Shown here piece after piece: positions 25,301 through 38,120 of a stretch of 64,000 bases of DNA. The translations under genes were made by a program, and so were the position numbers. The stretch is from Sphagnum compactum (lineage: Eukaryota): the NCBI GenBank assembly GCA_965153455.1, contig OZ234493.1, forward strand, positions 19,644,213 to 19,708,212, given 5' to 3'. Below the pieces are notes generated by a model. It saw only the letters and a program-made list of their open reading frames with translations, did not search any database and was not told where the DNA came from. Each line of letters opens with the position of its first letter. Position 1 is the first letter of the stretch.

Positions 25301-27543
25301 ATACCTTGATTGATTTTCATAAGTTAATTTTTTCAAGTCTTGAGAAGAATTGGAATTGACGGTTCTCATAAAAACAAAGAAAATTGTTCAATACTAGTTT
25401 TAACACGTGTTCAAAAGGATAATGAGTTCTTACACACATATAGATGGATGGTGTGTTCTAACAAATGTAGAGAAGGGAATTGTTTTAGGGCACTTTCTTC
25501 TTACCATTGTTAGATGGGTATCTGTTTTGGTGGGTTAGAATTATTAGTTTTGGTTTCAATAAGTAAAGATTGAACTCCACCTTAGTCGGAGTTTTAAAAT
25601 CAATTTTAGAATGGAACTAGAATCTTTTAAGAACTAAACTTGAATTAAGTTCTGGGTTTATTTATGTGTGGAACCAAAACTATAACCAAAATTGGAATTG
25701 AGTTTTGAAATATTCTTTTTTTGAAAAATAAGATTCGAATGAAAAGTTAACAACCAGTGAACTGTCGCTTTTAGTTCAAGTTATTTGAAACTAGGTTGAC
25801 AATGACAAGGTGCACAACTACGGACATAATCCTTTCACACCATGTCATCTTGACCTTTAATAATCAAGGTTCTTGAAGGCATTGCCTTTTTAACCTTTCG
25901 GATGACATGTCTTGTTGTAACATCCAATGTCATAGGCACAATTTGTTGAAGATACACATAGTCTCTTGGGTTATATTTTTGAATTTGTGGTTGGTACCTT
26001 CCTCCATGAATAGTGGCAAACTACATTGTGTCACAATGTTGAAAAATAACAAGGTTTTCAAAAGCCATTGCATGACTTTTTAAAAAAACTTGTTTGGTGA
26101 TCACATGGATGCATTCACACATCTAGGTCATCCAAATCTAGGATTGTCATTCCTCTTTATAAATAGATGTAGGAAAATTTAATTCTTAACCAAATAAGAA
26201 GAGGTATGGTAAAAAATAAGCAAATGATGTTTGATTACTAAACCAACAAGCCATAACCAAACATGGCAACTAAAGATCCTAATCACCCAAATGTAGTTTC
26301 TGCAACCCATATTTTTGCAAACCTTTTTAAATTATTTGCACAACCTTCTTGCCCAAACCATTTCCCTTTGGATGACTACATGAGGGTGGTTTGATGGTTT
26401 ATCAAGGCTTCTTCATTTTAACTGTTTATAATGATTTTGAAAACACCTTAACCAACTACATGTTTAATGGGAGAACATTTTACAACTTAAAAAGATCATA
26501 ATTATCAACATTATCATAACATAGAGTACTACTGAACATTTATTTATCATTTAATATGAACATCACTATTTTAAAACAAAACCTAAAACTTTCATGACAA
26601 AGGTTATTCATTATAATTGTCTTTTTGTATGTGCAAAATTTTGTAGAAAATTTCTTTTTAATACTAGTATTTCTCAATCCTTTTGTTAAATTATAATCTA
26701 TGTGACAAGTTTTTGCAAATTTAAAATGTACTTTAATCAATTATTGAATTGTTCGAATGTGCACCAATATCATAGCATAATGAGAGTTTATGATGTGATC
26801 CACTTTTAATTCAACATTTCTATCACAAAGATATTTCCCAAATACCTAAAAAATCATTTCAAAAATATGTTGAAATGTGTTGCAATGAAAAGTACAACAC
26901 TATGACTCCTTTTTCTATATTGTACCCTAAAAATGCCCTTTTAACATTGTTTTACATGACCATATAAAATCATATAAACATATTTGTTTTACACTCACAT
27001 TGTTTACATAGCCGCAAAAATCAAAAATTTTAAAATAAAAACTAAGCTAAACAAAGCTAGAAACAAATAAAATAAAATAAAATACAAAATCAAAAAAAGA
27101 AAAACTTTTGAATGAATTTTTTTTTAAAAATATATCTTATTTTCCTAAGATGACACCTTGCGCTCCAAACGCCAGAACTTGCACAGGAGGAAGAAAATAC
27201 ATCACCTCAGCAAGCAAGCAACAGCTCAAGGCGAGGACTAACTTTGACAAGAAATATGCATAGTATGTACAGTGTAATGTATGTAGAGGCCCAATTTTCA
27301 CACGGAGTTAGTATCTACGGTGTAGTGTACAGAAGAGGGCCCAATCTCCATCGCCGAAAGCTCTGCCTCTTGCCAGGGAGGGTTTAGGGTTTGCCTCTTG
27401 CCATGTCCGTCGCACAGGTGCAAGGAAGGTGTGTCCCGACTCCATAAGAAGAGAAAACCGGGCGTGAAGAAGAAGAAGAAGGAAGAGATCCTGAGCGAGA
27501 TCTAGATGAGAGTGAAGAAAGATACAAAGCGAAGAAGCCGAAC

Positions 27544-28194
27544 CTAAAACTGTCGGTTGTTTAGTGGTGTCTTTCTTGTTTGTGCAAACTTTTTGGCAAG
27601 CTTTCTGATGAGTTCAATTTTTTCCTCATCAGAGTTCAGATGTGAGATTTCGTCGAAAGGAGGAAAAGAGGATGGAGAACTGTCGAAGTTGTATGTTGGA
27701 TCCTTAGCGCCAAAGTAAGTGGCACGCAAGAAAGTGGCGACATCATGTGCTAGAGCAGCTGCTTCGGCTGTTTTGAACGATCCCAGCCAAATTCTCTCGT
27801 TGCGTTTTGTCACGCGGATCTCTGCTGTGAATGAGCCGTTGCGATATCTCACCCCTATGCTGCCCACCCTTAGATCTCCCGCAGTGAGTTCGGGGAACTC
27901 CTCCAGAAAATCGAGATCGACACAAAACGGTTGTCGAAGACCATAATCCAGATCAAACTGGACAACTTGCTCCACAGAAGTAATTGGCAAAACGTCAGAG
28001 ACAATTTCAGGATTCCCGGTTGCTTGAGAACCTGAACTTGAGGCCGCGAACTGATGACACGGAACTTGTCGAGAAAGAACACAACGATCCGGTCCTCTAC
28101 CAACTCTGTTGTCTTTGGCCTGTTTCAATTTCTCTTTGCGTTTAGTCTGCGAGCAACCAGAACCCTTCCAATTTGCTTCCCCCCCATCCACCAT
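27544..28194 (-). CDS. AP2/ERF (DREB-like) transcription factor, paralogue of 5370-6014
   Basis: SIGVRYRNGSFTAEIRVTKRNERIWLGSFKTAEAAALAHDVATFLR...YNFDSSPSSFPP. The ATG at 28194 (TTCAAAG-ATG context) aligns with the paralogue's start. Shared N-terminal motifs TGNPEIVS.VLP and FDLDY.LRQP.C. Confidence 0.85.
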   Translation of the reverse strand: MVDGGEANWKGSGCSQTKRKEKLKQAKDNRVGRGPDRCVLSRQVPCHQFAASSSGSQATGNPEIVSDVLPITSVEQVVQFDLDYGLRQPFCVDLDFLEEFPELTAGDLRVGSIGVRYRNGSFTAEIRVTKRNERIWLGSFKTAEAAALAHDVATFLRATYFGAKDPTYNFDSSPSSFPPFDEISHLNSDEEKIELIRKLAKKFAQTRKTPLNNRQF

Positions 28195-28702
28195 CTTTGA
28201 AATGCTATAACCCAACAACTATGGACCAGACGGAGCTAGAAAAGCCGTAAAATAAAGCCCGATCAAATTGACCCTCGAATATCGACCACTTCAAGAATAC
28301 AGGAGCAAGAAAAAAAATTCACGAAAGGGCTCTTTCTTTCTGCAATGGATTGTTGTCTATTTGTTGTCCTCCACACACCCCTTCCCCAACTCTTTGGAAA
28401 AAAAGACGGCTCTTCGCTAAGCTTTGAAGTGCACGGTGCCCCGAATTCTGACATGCACCTCAACAGTTGGAGCTCTTTATATGTACAGTGAGGGCACCGT
28501 GGGTCTCTCTCGTGAATCAAGAGTTGCTCATACTAGCCTACTTACACAGAGAAGAGGTTGAACATAACTTGTCGGCAATGGGGCCCATGAACCCATTGAA
28601 AGGGAAGAAACATGGGCCAACATTGCCGATTGCCTAACAAGTGATGTTAGACTGCCGACATTCAGATTTTCTTAGTATATTTGGAGATACTCTTACAAAG
28701 AG

Positions 28703-29348
28703 TATTATGGCCGCTGGGCTTTCCAGTTTCGAAAAGCCCAGAGGCCATTTTTTTGGTCCTGTGATACCCAGCCTGTTATGGCTGCTGCTGGGCTTTCCAT
28801 TTTCGTAAAGCCCAGAGGCCATTTTTTTGGTCCTGTGATACCCAACCTATTATGGCTGCTGCTGGGCTTTCGATTTTCGTAAAGCCCAGAGGCCATTTTT
28901 TTTGTCCTGTGATACCCAGCCTATTATAGCTGCTGCTGGGCTTTCCATTTTCGTAAAGCCCAGAGGCCTTTTTTTTTGTCCTGTGATACCCAGCCTATTA
29001 TGGCTGCTGCTGGGCTTTCCATTTTCGTAAAGCCCAGGGGCCTTTTTTTTTTGTCCTGTGATACCCAGCCTATTATGGCTGCTGCTGGGCTTTCCATTTT
29101 CGTAAAGCCCAGGGGCCTTTTTTTTTGTCCTGTGACAACCAGCCTATAATGGCTGCTGGGCTTTCGATTTTGGTAAAGTCCATTTTTTGTCCTGTGATAC
29201 CCAGCCTATTATGGCTGCTGGGCTTTCCATTTTCGTAAAGCCAAGAGGCCATGTTCTTTTCCTGTGATACCCCAGCCTATTATGGTTGTTGGGCTTTCGC
29301 TTTTGGTAAAGCCTAGAGGCCATTTTTTTTTTTCCTGTGATACCAAGC
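28703..29348. repeat. Minisatellite, 9 units of about 74 bp, each with an internal inverted repeat
   Basis: Unit TATTATGGCTGCTGCTGGGCTTTCCATTTTCGTAAAGCCCAGAGGCC(T)nGTCCTGTGATACCCAGCC starts at 28703, 28774, 28848, 28922, 28996, 29071, 29145, 29207 and 29278. Confidence 0.95.
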
Positions 29349-29524
29349 AGGTATGATGAGGAAAGAAAAGAAAGAAAGCCACAATCGAATGTACTCATTT
29401 TTGGCCTTTTGTTTTATGCACATGAAAAAGGACTATTCCATTGCATGTTCCCTGATCCGGTCCTCTACCAAAACTGTATTTCCTCTGTGTGCAAATTTGA
29501 CTATAAAATTAGATATGATAGTAA

Positions 29525-29824
29525 GGCCCGCTTTACACTAGGAGTCAAGGCTAAAATAGAAAATATATTTTCAATCTGCCCCGAACTAGTAATAAATGCT
29601 GAACTTTTTGGCCATGGATTAGTCATGAGGATGAAAAAAGGATACCATTGATTGAATTTGGGAAGCCAATTTGCAACCCTCGGGGCCAATGTTCCAGCAT
29701 TTATTAATATCCTGACATCAATGTTCTAGCATTTATTAATAACTTGGGGCCAAACAACAAGCCAAAAAATGCTCAAAGTTGGCCCCAAGTTTTTTGGGCC
29801 CTCACTCCTAGTGTAAAGCGGGCC
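29525..29824. mobile_element. 300-bp PIF/Harbinger (Tourist-like) MITE
   Basis: Perfect 21-bp TIR GGCCCGCTTTACACTAGGAGT ... ACTCCTAGTGTAAAGCGGGCC with TAA TSD at 29522-29524 and 29825-29827. Confidence 0.9.
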
Positions 29825-31878
29825 TAAGAACATGTGAGCATCTGTCTATGCCTTTGGCTCTCGATAGGAAACAATTATAGAAAGCTGGTGATTTTTATCC
29901 AAAAACAATTCTGAAAAGCTGGTGATATTTATCCAAAAACAATTCTGACTCGGATGATTGAAAACTCCAAAAAAAAGACTCCTTTTTTGCATTGAAAATG
30001 AAGTATACGGGTTGTCAGCAATCAATGTTACTTCTTGAACAAAAAAACCAATGGTAGTGAAAGCATCTGTCTCGCCCTTCGACGCGCCGCGCCCCCCTCC
30101 CCCCTGCGGCGCGAACCTTCCACCTCTGCCCCCTACCACTTCTAGATAGTATAGGCTTCTATTCACACTGCAAATATATTGCATGACGTCATCGTGAGTG
30201 TTGGGCGGTGCCGCGGTTGTTTGATTTTAAACATTTCCAGAAACTGACAACCAGAGGTTAGAACTTAGAACAAAAGCAATCCCACGAGGCGATAAACAAC
30301 CCCCTAAACGAGCTCTGTTCGACGTTGGTTTCGCTTGTCTTTTTGCACACCTTTTCCGACCTTGCACAGTTCTGCAAGAAACCATTCAACCCGGTTTTCA
30401 GTGATCTGCAGTTCTTCAAAAGAAAAGTTCTCTGCTATTTTCTTCATTCTGGGCACATGTCTTGAATTGCAGGCCGGGTGCTGAATCCAGGACCTTCCGT
30501 GCAGGAGATGTAGCACTAACCATTGGCAACACCATCAGTCACTGCAGGAGCAGTTTTATTTTTTAGATTTACTGCAGACACACCGTCACAAAGGGCAAAA
30601 ATTCAAAACCCTGCGGCACAACAACGCAGTTCTCCGGAGGGCTGCACTGTCAGGCCCAGCCCCAGACAGAGCTCGTTAGGGTGTGTTTAGCGCCTCGCAA
30701 GAATCCCCTGCTTCTGAGTTGTGGCCGTCATTTAGCTTCAAGTTTTGTGTAAAGCAAAGAATTCATGGGTTGCTTGTGGCAAAAGTCATGTGGCAGTTCT
30801 ATTGTGTGGTAACAAGTAGTGTGTAATTGTTCTTGGGGAGATCTTTGGGATCTATTGTTCACCTCACTCCTGTGGGATTGTTTCCTTTTCAGAAAAATTG
30901 AAGTAAAATGGTGAGTTTTTTTTTCCCGAAATTATATTTCAAACTGTAAAGTCACATTTTTCCTAGTTTTAAGCAAATAAACATTTAAAAAACTTGGGAA
31001 ATTTTGCCACATAAAATCAATGTTCCTATGTTCTACCTCCACAAATTCAATGTGGATTCACATGTAACACCAAGTTGTCCAGTTGCAGGTGCTTCTGGAA
31101 ACCCACAGTTACAATTTCAACAAACTTTCTTTCTTTCATGGAACCTTTGCTGATGGTATGATCCAAACTCCCAATTTTTCTAAATTTCTACACCAAAGAC
31201 AATCCAACTTTGGTCCAATTCACTATCCAGATCCTTTGCCACAAAGCACTCTACCTCTGAACCTATAATGTGTAGATAGCAGTACTATACAATCACTTAA
31301 AAGAGGCCATGTGCTTTATAAATGTACAAACAACTAGTTTAAGGGCAGCTTCAACACGCGTTTGTAAATTAATTAATTAATTTTGAAGATTCTATGTTGA
31401 AAAAAAGAATATTATTAAACATTTTAAAAGATTCTTTATTGTCCTTCACAAAATTTTGCACTTTAGATTTTTTTGAGTGAAAATTTCAACATTTCTTCAA
31501 ATAACACAGTCAGTGTAGAAGCTGCTAAGGTTTTATGGTACCAACTACCATTTCCAAATAGTACAACCTCCTGAGTCCTTACATAGTTAGGACCCAATAA
31601 ATTGTATTTTGCTCTTAACCATTTTATTTATTCCTTCTCAAACAGGAAGCACCAAACTTCTAAGCAGAATGCCCAATTCTTTTGGTTGGATCCAATTGAT
31701 TTTCCCTCCAAAATGGTGCCAAGTAGCTTTAGCCTCCATTACCACTTTTTGGTCTTGGAACCTCATCTAAAGGCCATGGGTTCAATTTATAGCTCTCATC
31801 CAAGAGAAGCCTTCAGCTAGAACCAGAATCAGGTCCAAAAACCAGTTATCTAGATTCTGATTATGTTTTCAAATTAAT

Positions 31879-31882
<4 letters not shown>

Positions 31883-31914
<32 letters not shown>
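31883..31914. repeat. (TTA)n microsatellite
   Basis: About 10 perfect TTA units. Confidence 0.9.
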
Positions 31915-32494
31915 GGGGTTAGAGATGTTGTTAGCTTGAGAAAAAAACCAAGGTTCTGAATGGGTGTGGGCATCAGGCAGGTGGTCACATTTTATTGCTG
32001 ATACAATGCTTGTAAACAGAAAAACAATTCAATTTTGGGCTATGCATAGGTCCTAGAACACAACTCACCTAAGACTTTTATTTTAAAGAACCACGAATCA
32101 GGGGTCTTGAAATATGAAGAAGGGGTTCCAGAACTAAACCAGAGGTTCTTTCAAACTTAAACGAAGGTTGGAACCAGGACCAAAGGGCTTACTAGAATTG
32201 ATGCCATGGTTAAGTGTAAGTAGGCGTGTTGTGCACGTATGGATCCATTTAATATTTGTTCCTATTTCATCATACACAAAAGTTGGAACAAGGTATTTTT
32301 TCTGTTTGCCATTGCCCATGTGTGTAATTTTTCATCTGCGTCACACCAAATTTTCATCCCAACATTTCATCCAATGCAGATTCCATGGCCTTGATTCTTG
32401 GAAGGGAACATATACCCAGAAATAGCACATTGCAGAAAGAAATTCTTTCTTTGAGGGGGAAGGAAGGTGAACATGCAAACCTGTGACAAATGTA

Positions 32495-32700
32495 CATGTG
32501 CAGCTAATTGAACTCGTGCATAATTGCACACTAAATACGTTTCCAATACCTACAGCAGCTCCCGCTAAAGCAATGGTAGCTGCTCCTGCTCCAATGTTAA
32601 TCTAAGCTACTCTATTGCTGGCGCAGCTTGGCTTCCGAACCGTACGTGAGCCTACGACCTCATACGGCTCTTTTCATCATTTTTGTATCTCTGCGAGTTC
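32495..32700 (-). pseudogene. atp9: NUMT: mitochondrial atp9 exon 2 with flanking group II intron ends
   Basis: 32595 to 32530 encodes IGAGAATIALAGAAVGIGNVFS (66 nt). Upstream is a group II domain V (GAGCCGTATGA...CACGTACGGTTC, 32670-32637) and a TTAAC intron end; downstream a GTGCA intron start. Outer limits approximate. Confidence 0.88.
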
Positions 32701-35059
32701 TGGCTATGTAAAAGACAATGTTTATGCAACAATTGAAAGTTTGCTTAAGTGTCCTGCACACAGAATGTGTTGGACATGACACTAGTAAGTCTGATGGGTG
32801 ATACTAGTAACTTCTTACCAACATGCATGGCAACATGACATTCTACCAATTGTGCACAATGCATGACATACCTTAAGCATTCAATTATTAAAATGACGGG
32901 AATGTGAGTGAATGTTTGAACATTTTGTCCTTGATACCAGGAAATTTGTGTCCTCTGGGATCCGTCCAGAGGATGATTCTCTTGTGGCAATTTTGGTCGG
33001 TTTTACTTTTCACACCATCTGCTTGAAGACTGTTCATCCCCATACTGCCTTAAATGCAGGCAGTACGAAAGATACCTTTAGGTCTATTATTACTCAACTT
33101 TTAAGCTTTAGTTGTTGTTGAGAATTTCAACTTTTTGTGTTTTCATTATTTCTTTATTGAATTGTTTTTACTAGACCTATACATCGGCATTTATTTATTT
33201 TTTGTGGCAAATCAAATAATGGGGCTACAACTTGTAAGTTGGAAATAAATAAATAAATCGTCGAAAGTTAGGGCTTTTAATTGCAATGTTGTTATAGCGT
33301 GCCACCTCTATCCACAACAACATATTTTGGGTTTTGCAACTAAGCTTTGTGACTACATCCTAGTCAAGAAGGACATATGTAACTAGTCATTCACGAGTTG
33401 CTAAATCCATGTTGTTTCATCCATTTAATCGCAAAGGACATTTAGTCGCAAGGTCCAATCATTTTATCGACTAGGATTTTTTAATTTTGGCTTAATATTG
33501 AAATTTCATGTCATTAATGACCTTGGTATGACATATAAAGTGCATGTCATCTCAACTTAGTTGTTTTATTTGACTAAATGTTACAAAAGACGCTTTGATG
33601 GATGAAAATTTATAAACACATCATGATTCATTGCACATGACCAATAGTCAACCTAGTTTAACTTAGCTAGGCTATCTACTAATGTTAAGCAACCTAAGCT
33701 ACCTAACTTAAGCCAAATGGCTTAGGTATCATAAAATGAGGACTTGAACCCCTCATCTTCACATTGGGGTTCAAGTCCTCATCCATTCCACTATCACATT
33801 TTTTTATATCAATTATATTTAACACAAAGTTATAAAGTTCAAAATTTTTAGCCTTGAATTAACCTTGGCCGGCCTAGGTTGACCTAGGTCAACCTACCTA
33901 CTACCTACCAACCTAACCTAAAGACCTAGACCTCCTTAGGTTGACTTAGGATGAATTAGTTTGTCAACCTATACTACTTACTAGAACCTAAACATTTTTA
34001 GGCTAAAAAAAAAACTTACGATAATTATGTCACTTTTAGTCGCATCTAATTACACAAACTTGAGGTGGTTACAAACTTGATAAAAATCTTATAATGAGGC
34101 TATAGATAGGTTGACCTGGCAAAAAACTTAAAACTAAGAACCTAGGCAAGCCTACCTAAGTTAACCTATTAATAAGGAAAGGTTATTTCGATCCTCCTTG
34201 CTACCTTGGCTTTCTTGTTTCACCTATCATCATTTGACATTTCCTTGCTTAAGTCTTTGAGCTTTTTATTCACCTAAATATTTTGACAATCCCTGAGGGC
34301 ATTAATTCGTCATTAACTTTCCTCCCCATATCTTTAAAGGTGTTGACTTCATATCATTGTTTTACATCACTATAGGTACATTCCAATGTAATTGGGCCCT
34401 TGATGTCTCCACAATTGTTTTTTGAAATTTTTGCCCACATAGACAATGATGATCACCTTTCCAACACCATTTATTGGCAAATCACAACCTTTTGCCCACC
34501 TCGGTTCAAGTGTGTTTTTCCCTTTTCAAAAAACTTATGGATAAATAATTTCACACATACATGACCCCATCTTGGGTTACATCACAAATTTTGCAAAGCT
34601 CGCTCATTCATAGGTTTGTACATTTTATGCACGAATATCATGTGTTGAAAATACGTTTGACACATGAATAAATGTGTTGACGGATGAAGTACAAACCTAT
34701 GAATGAATGAATGTCACACAGATTACACATCTTCCAATAAATCCCATGTGTCAAACATGTTTTCAATCCACAATATTAATGCTTGAAACATACGAATTAT
34801 GAATGAACGAATTTTGCATGATTTCCATTACTAAATTGTAAGATGCTAAGTTTGTGATGTAGGAACATTGAAACATACCTTTTCCAACATTCTTTTGAAA
34901 AAATGTTCAAGCTTCATCGAGAACTTTGTCTCCATATGTGTTACAACTTAGGAATAGGAGCATGGCTCACAGCTTGACTAATCATCCTTATATTTCCACT
35001 ACAAATAGCAATATTTTCCACTACACTTCAAATTCAATTAAAGTTTCCCCATCTATTAC

Positions 35060-36350
35060 TAGCAAGCTTTCCTCATTGCATGTGCTCACACCCCATTGAT
35101 GTATTATGCATCCGTTTGTTGAAATGTATATTGCATCATAATGTAACATAAATGGACCCATGATGTAATATGGGATGTTGTTGCATTCATTGCTTAAGAA
35201 GTTGGTTTCCAATTGGTACATGAACAACTTCACACATGTTTTTTCCATTTGTGCAACCTATTTTCAATGTTGACATAGTCTTCTCCAAAGACAAGGTTCA
35301 CACCTTCACTAACATTCTCATCATGGATCTAACAAACCTTGACCATCTACCTTTGACAACGTTGACATTAGGATTGACAACTTCCCAAAGAGGTCATTTC
35401 CATTTTATTAGAAAAAATGTGCAAAACAATACAAGGTGCAACTTATTGAAAAATCATAAATTATAAATGTAAATAAGGTGATGATAATTCATTTTGATAA
35501 TTTTTTGAAAATATAGTTAGAATATATCTAAAATATGCTCAAAATATGCCATATTTTTCCTCAGGTGCTTCCCTAAGGACAATTTTAAAAACATCTTAAA
35601 CAAAATAAAGAAATTAGAAACACCAACACCCAAAAAACTAATTCATAGCTTTAACAATCAAATTTTTTGGTTGTTTGCACAAAGGTGTCTCCACACCAAC
35701 ATAAACTTCACCCACCCTCTTAAATGAGTGATTATCTTGAAATATTCTTAGAATATCCCCATTTGTAAATTTAAAAAATCATTAAAATTTTCTTATGACC
35801 TAAAAAGATATTGCATTATAATTTTATGTAAAGATATGTTCAAAGAATCTTGCCCAAAATGTCGCATTTCAAAAATCTCCCCAAAAATAAAAATTTACAT
35901 AACATTTTTAAAGCATTAGTTATAGTGGTTAATGAGTGTTTTTGAATAGTTTATCCTTACTAAATTCATTCCAAATCAAACCACATGTCTTCGTAATATA
36001 TTACAAACATTGTCATGTAAACACATTAAAACTTGCAACATTAGTACAATTTTTGATGCTAAGAAATGAAAACCAAAACAAAGGTTACATTTGTTGTGAT
36101 ACATGTTATTGTGATTACATGCACAAACAAGTTAATGGTTTTCTTCAAGCTTGTGTTGATAATATGTGAAGGATGAGAGGTCCAAAGGGTCCACCCTTTT
36201 TAGTCCTAACTATACCTTCTTTAAACAATGTTTTAGTTACATTACAAAAGATGCAAGCCACTTACATCTTACGTTGTGCCATGGTGGTGGGGTTGACCAC
36301 ATCTTACCTCCCATCACTTGTTGACCCCCCCCCCCCCCCCCCCATTCAAC
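35060..36350 (+). mobile_element. Highly decayed fragments of a non-LTR retrotransposon C-terminus (zinc knuckle + REL endonuclease type)
   Basis: Fragments CMCSHPID, VDIVFSKDKVHTFTNILIMD, HKQVNGFLQAC, GPKGPP and LQKMQATYILR resemble the copy at 37500-38120; many stops and insertions. Confidence 0.45.
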
Positions 36351-37499
36351 TTACTCATAGTTGTAAGTATATGAATAAATATGTCCTAAATGGGTATTGA
36401 GGCTAATTAAAATTGTTTGTGTTATTGTTTTATTCTTGGTTTTTTTTTTTTAATTTTTTTTTAATAAATTTACTTTCTACTTCCTTTGAATATGTGGTTT
36501 CTTTGAAATACATTTTGGGCAATTTTACATCAATATTCAAAGGTTAATAAACCCATGGGCAAAAGACATTTGCAAAAGTGGGGTTGGACTTGATTACCAC
36601 CTCAATGCCTTAAGCCCTTTATTTTCAAAATATGCCCATCCTTAGGTTTTACCTAGTGTTGGCCTATTATACAAGGTTTTGACAAATATGTACTAAGGTT
36701 TTGGCAAATATTTATGAAGGTATAACCTACTATGTAAAACTTGAAGTCATTAATATCATTTTTCGAAATACATATGAAATACCCTTGTTATTGGTTAGCC
36801 TCTACCAATGTTATAAATATATTTTACCATATCCAAAGTTGCCTTCTTGAAGGGAGTCCTATTCACATCGCATGTGTAACAAAAATGTATGTTTTTTTAT
36901 ATGTATATTGTTTTCATAAAAGTTTCACAAGTTAAGTCTTAGGCTTTGTGTGTTGTGTTCAATGAATGTTGATGACAACATAAGAGTTCTATGAAGATTT
37001 GCAAATCACTATCACATGCATTTTTCAACGAAACAATTTTTTTAACGTTGATTTTTTTACAACTTTGATTTTCTATTTCAATAGTGGTGTTCTTTCAACT
37101 AGACTTCAAATGTAGCCAACAAAGCACAAAGGTTTGTGAGATTAAAACTACCAAACATGATTCTCATTCTTTTTTTTAGATAATGTTAAATTTGTTATCA
37201 TTTGAAACACCCCTAAGAATTGATTTTTTCTCAATGTAAATACTTATATCAAGATGCATATCTCATACAAGCTAATATGATGATGAAAACCTACCAAATG
37301 TTAATGAAAAAAAACACCCTTGACAAAGGGGGAGAGAAAGGAACAAGATGGGTGGACCCAATTCCAAGCAAAAATAAAAAACCACTAATCAAGGTGGACC
37401 ACAAAGGGAACATGAACAAAACAAATATTCAAACCCCCCAGACGCAACAAACATATCAGATAAAGAGAAGGGTAAAACACCTAAAATAACATTTAGCCA

Positions 37500-38120
37500 A
37501 GAAGATTCCTCACTTACAATAACAATGTGCTTTAAAATAAAAGCTGCTTGTGTTCACAATAACATCATTGACACCTTTTGCTTGTAAAATGAATGCAAAA
37601 CCAAAAGACGAACGCCTCTAAAGCCCTTCGTGCTCCATGCCATGTTAGCACATTGATGAAAAACGTCGTCCACCTATTGATGCAAACACCCAAGGACCTC
37701 TATGGCTAGAGGGAAATATTGGTTTGTTAGGTATTGATCACGATAAAAGTCATCCTTAACCTAAGCTACAATTGTAATGACAACCCCATTAAAAAGAATT
37801 ACTCGTGAAATGAAATGTGTTCAAGTGAGTTCAATGATGACAATGTTAAACAACATCCAAATGCCATCCATTGAAATCACAATGTCAACTCGCCAACACG
37901 TAGATTGAAAAATAAGCGGCGGAAAAAATGGGTTTGAGTTCACGTAAAATGTGAAATCTTGCATCCTTATGATTCTTGCATTCCTTGAAATAGACACAAA
38001 GGCATCTTGCACAACATGGTGGGAAGCTCTCATTTTCAAACCATGGACACAACGAAGAAGGTGCATCCCCATAGGGTCCAAAGGTTGACCACAAATGTAA
38101 TGTGACAAACCAATGATTAA
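37500..38120 (-). mobile_element. Decayed non-LTR retrotransposon fragment (CCHC knuckle + REL endonuclease type)
   Basis: CGQPLDPMGMHLLRCVHG...HHVVQDAF, RVDIVISMDG and GCLHQ*VDDVFHQCANMAWSTKG across shifted frames. Confidence 0.55.

Noticed and set aside
28703-29348. CRISPR array or series of intrinsic terminators (hairpin + T-run)
   Set aside because: Whole units repeat with no unique spacers, no cas genes are present, and the context is eukaryotic.
32530-32595. Functional nuclear atp9 gene
   Set aside because: Only one 66-nt exon with organellar group II intron stubs; no start codon, transit peptide or remaining exons.
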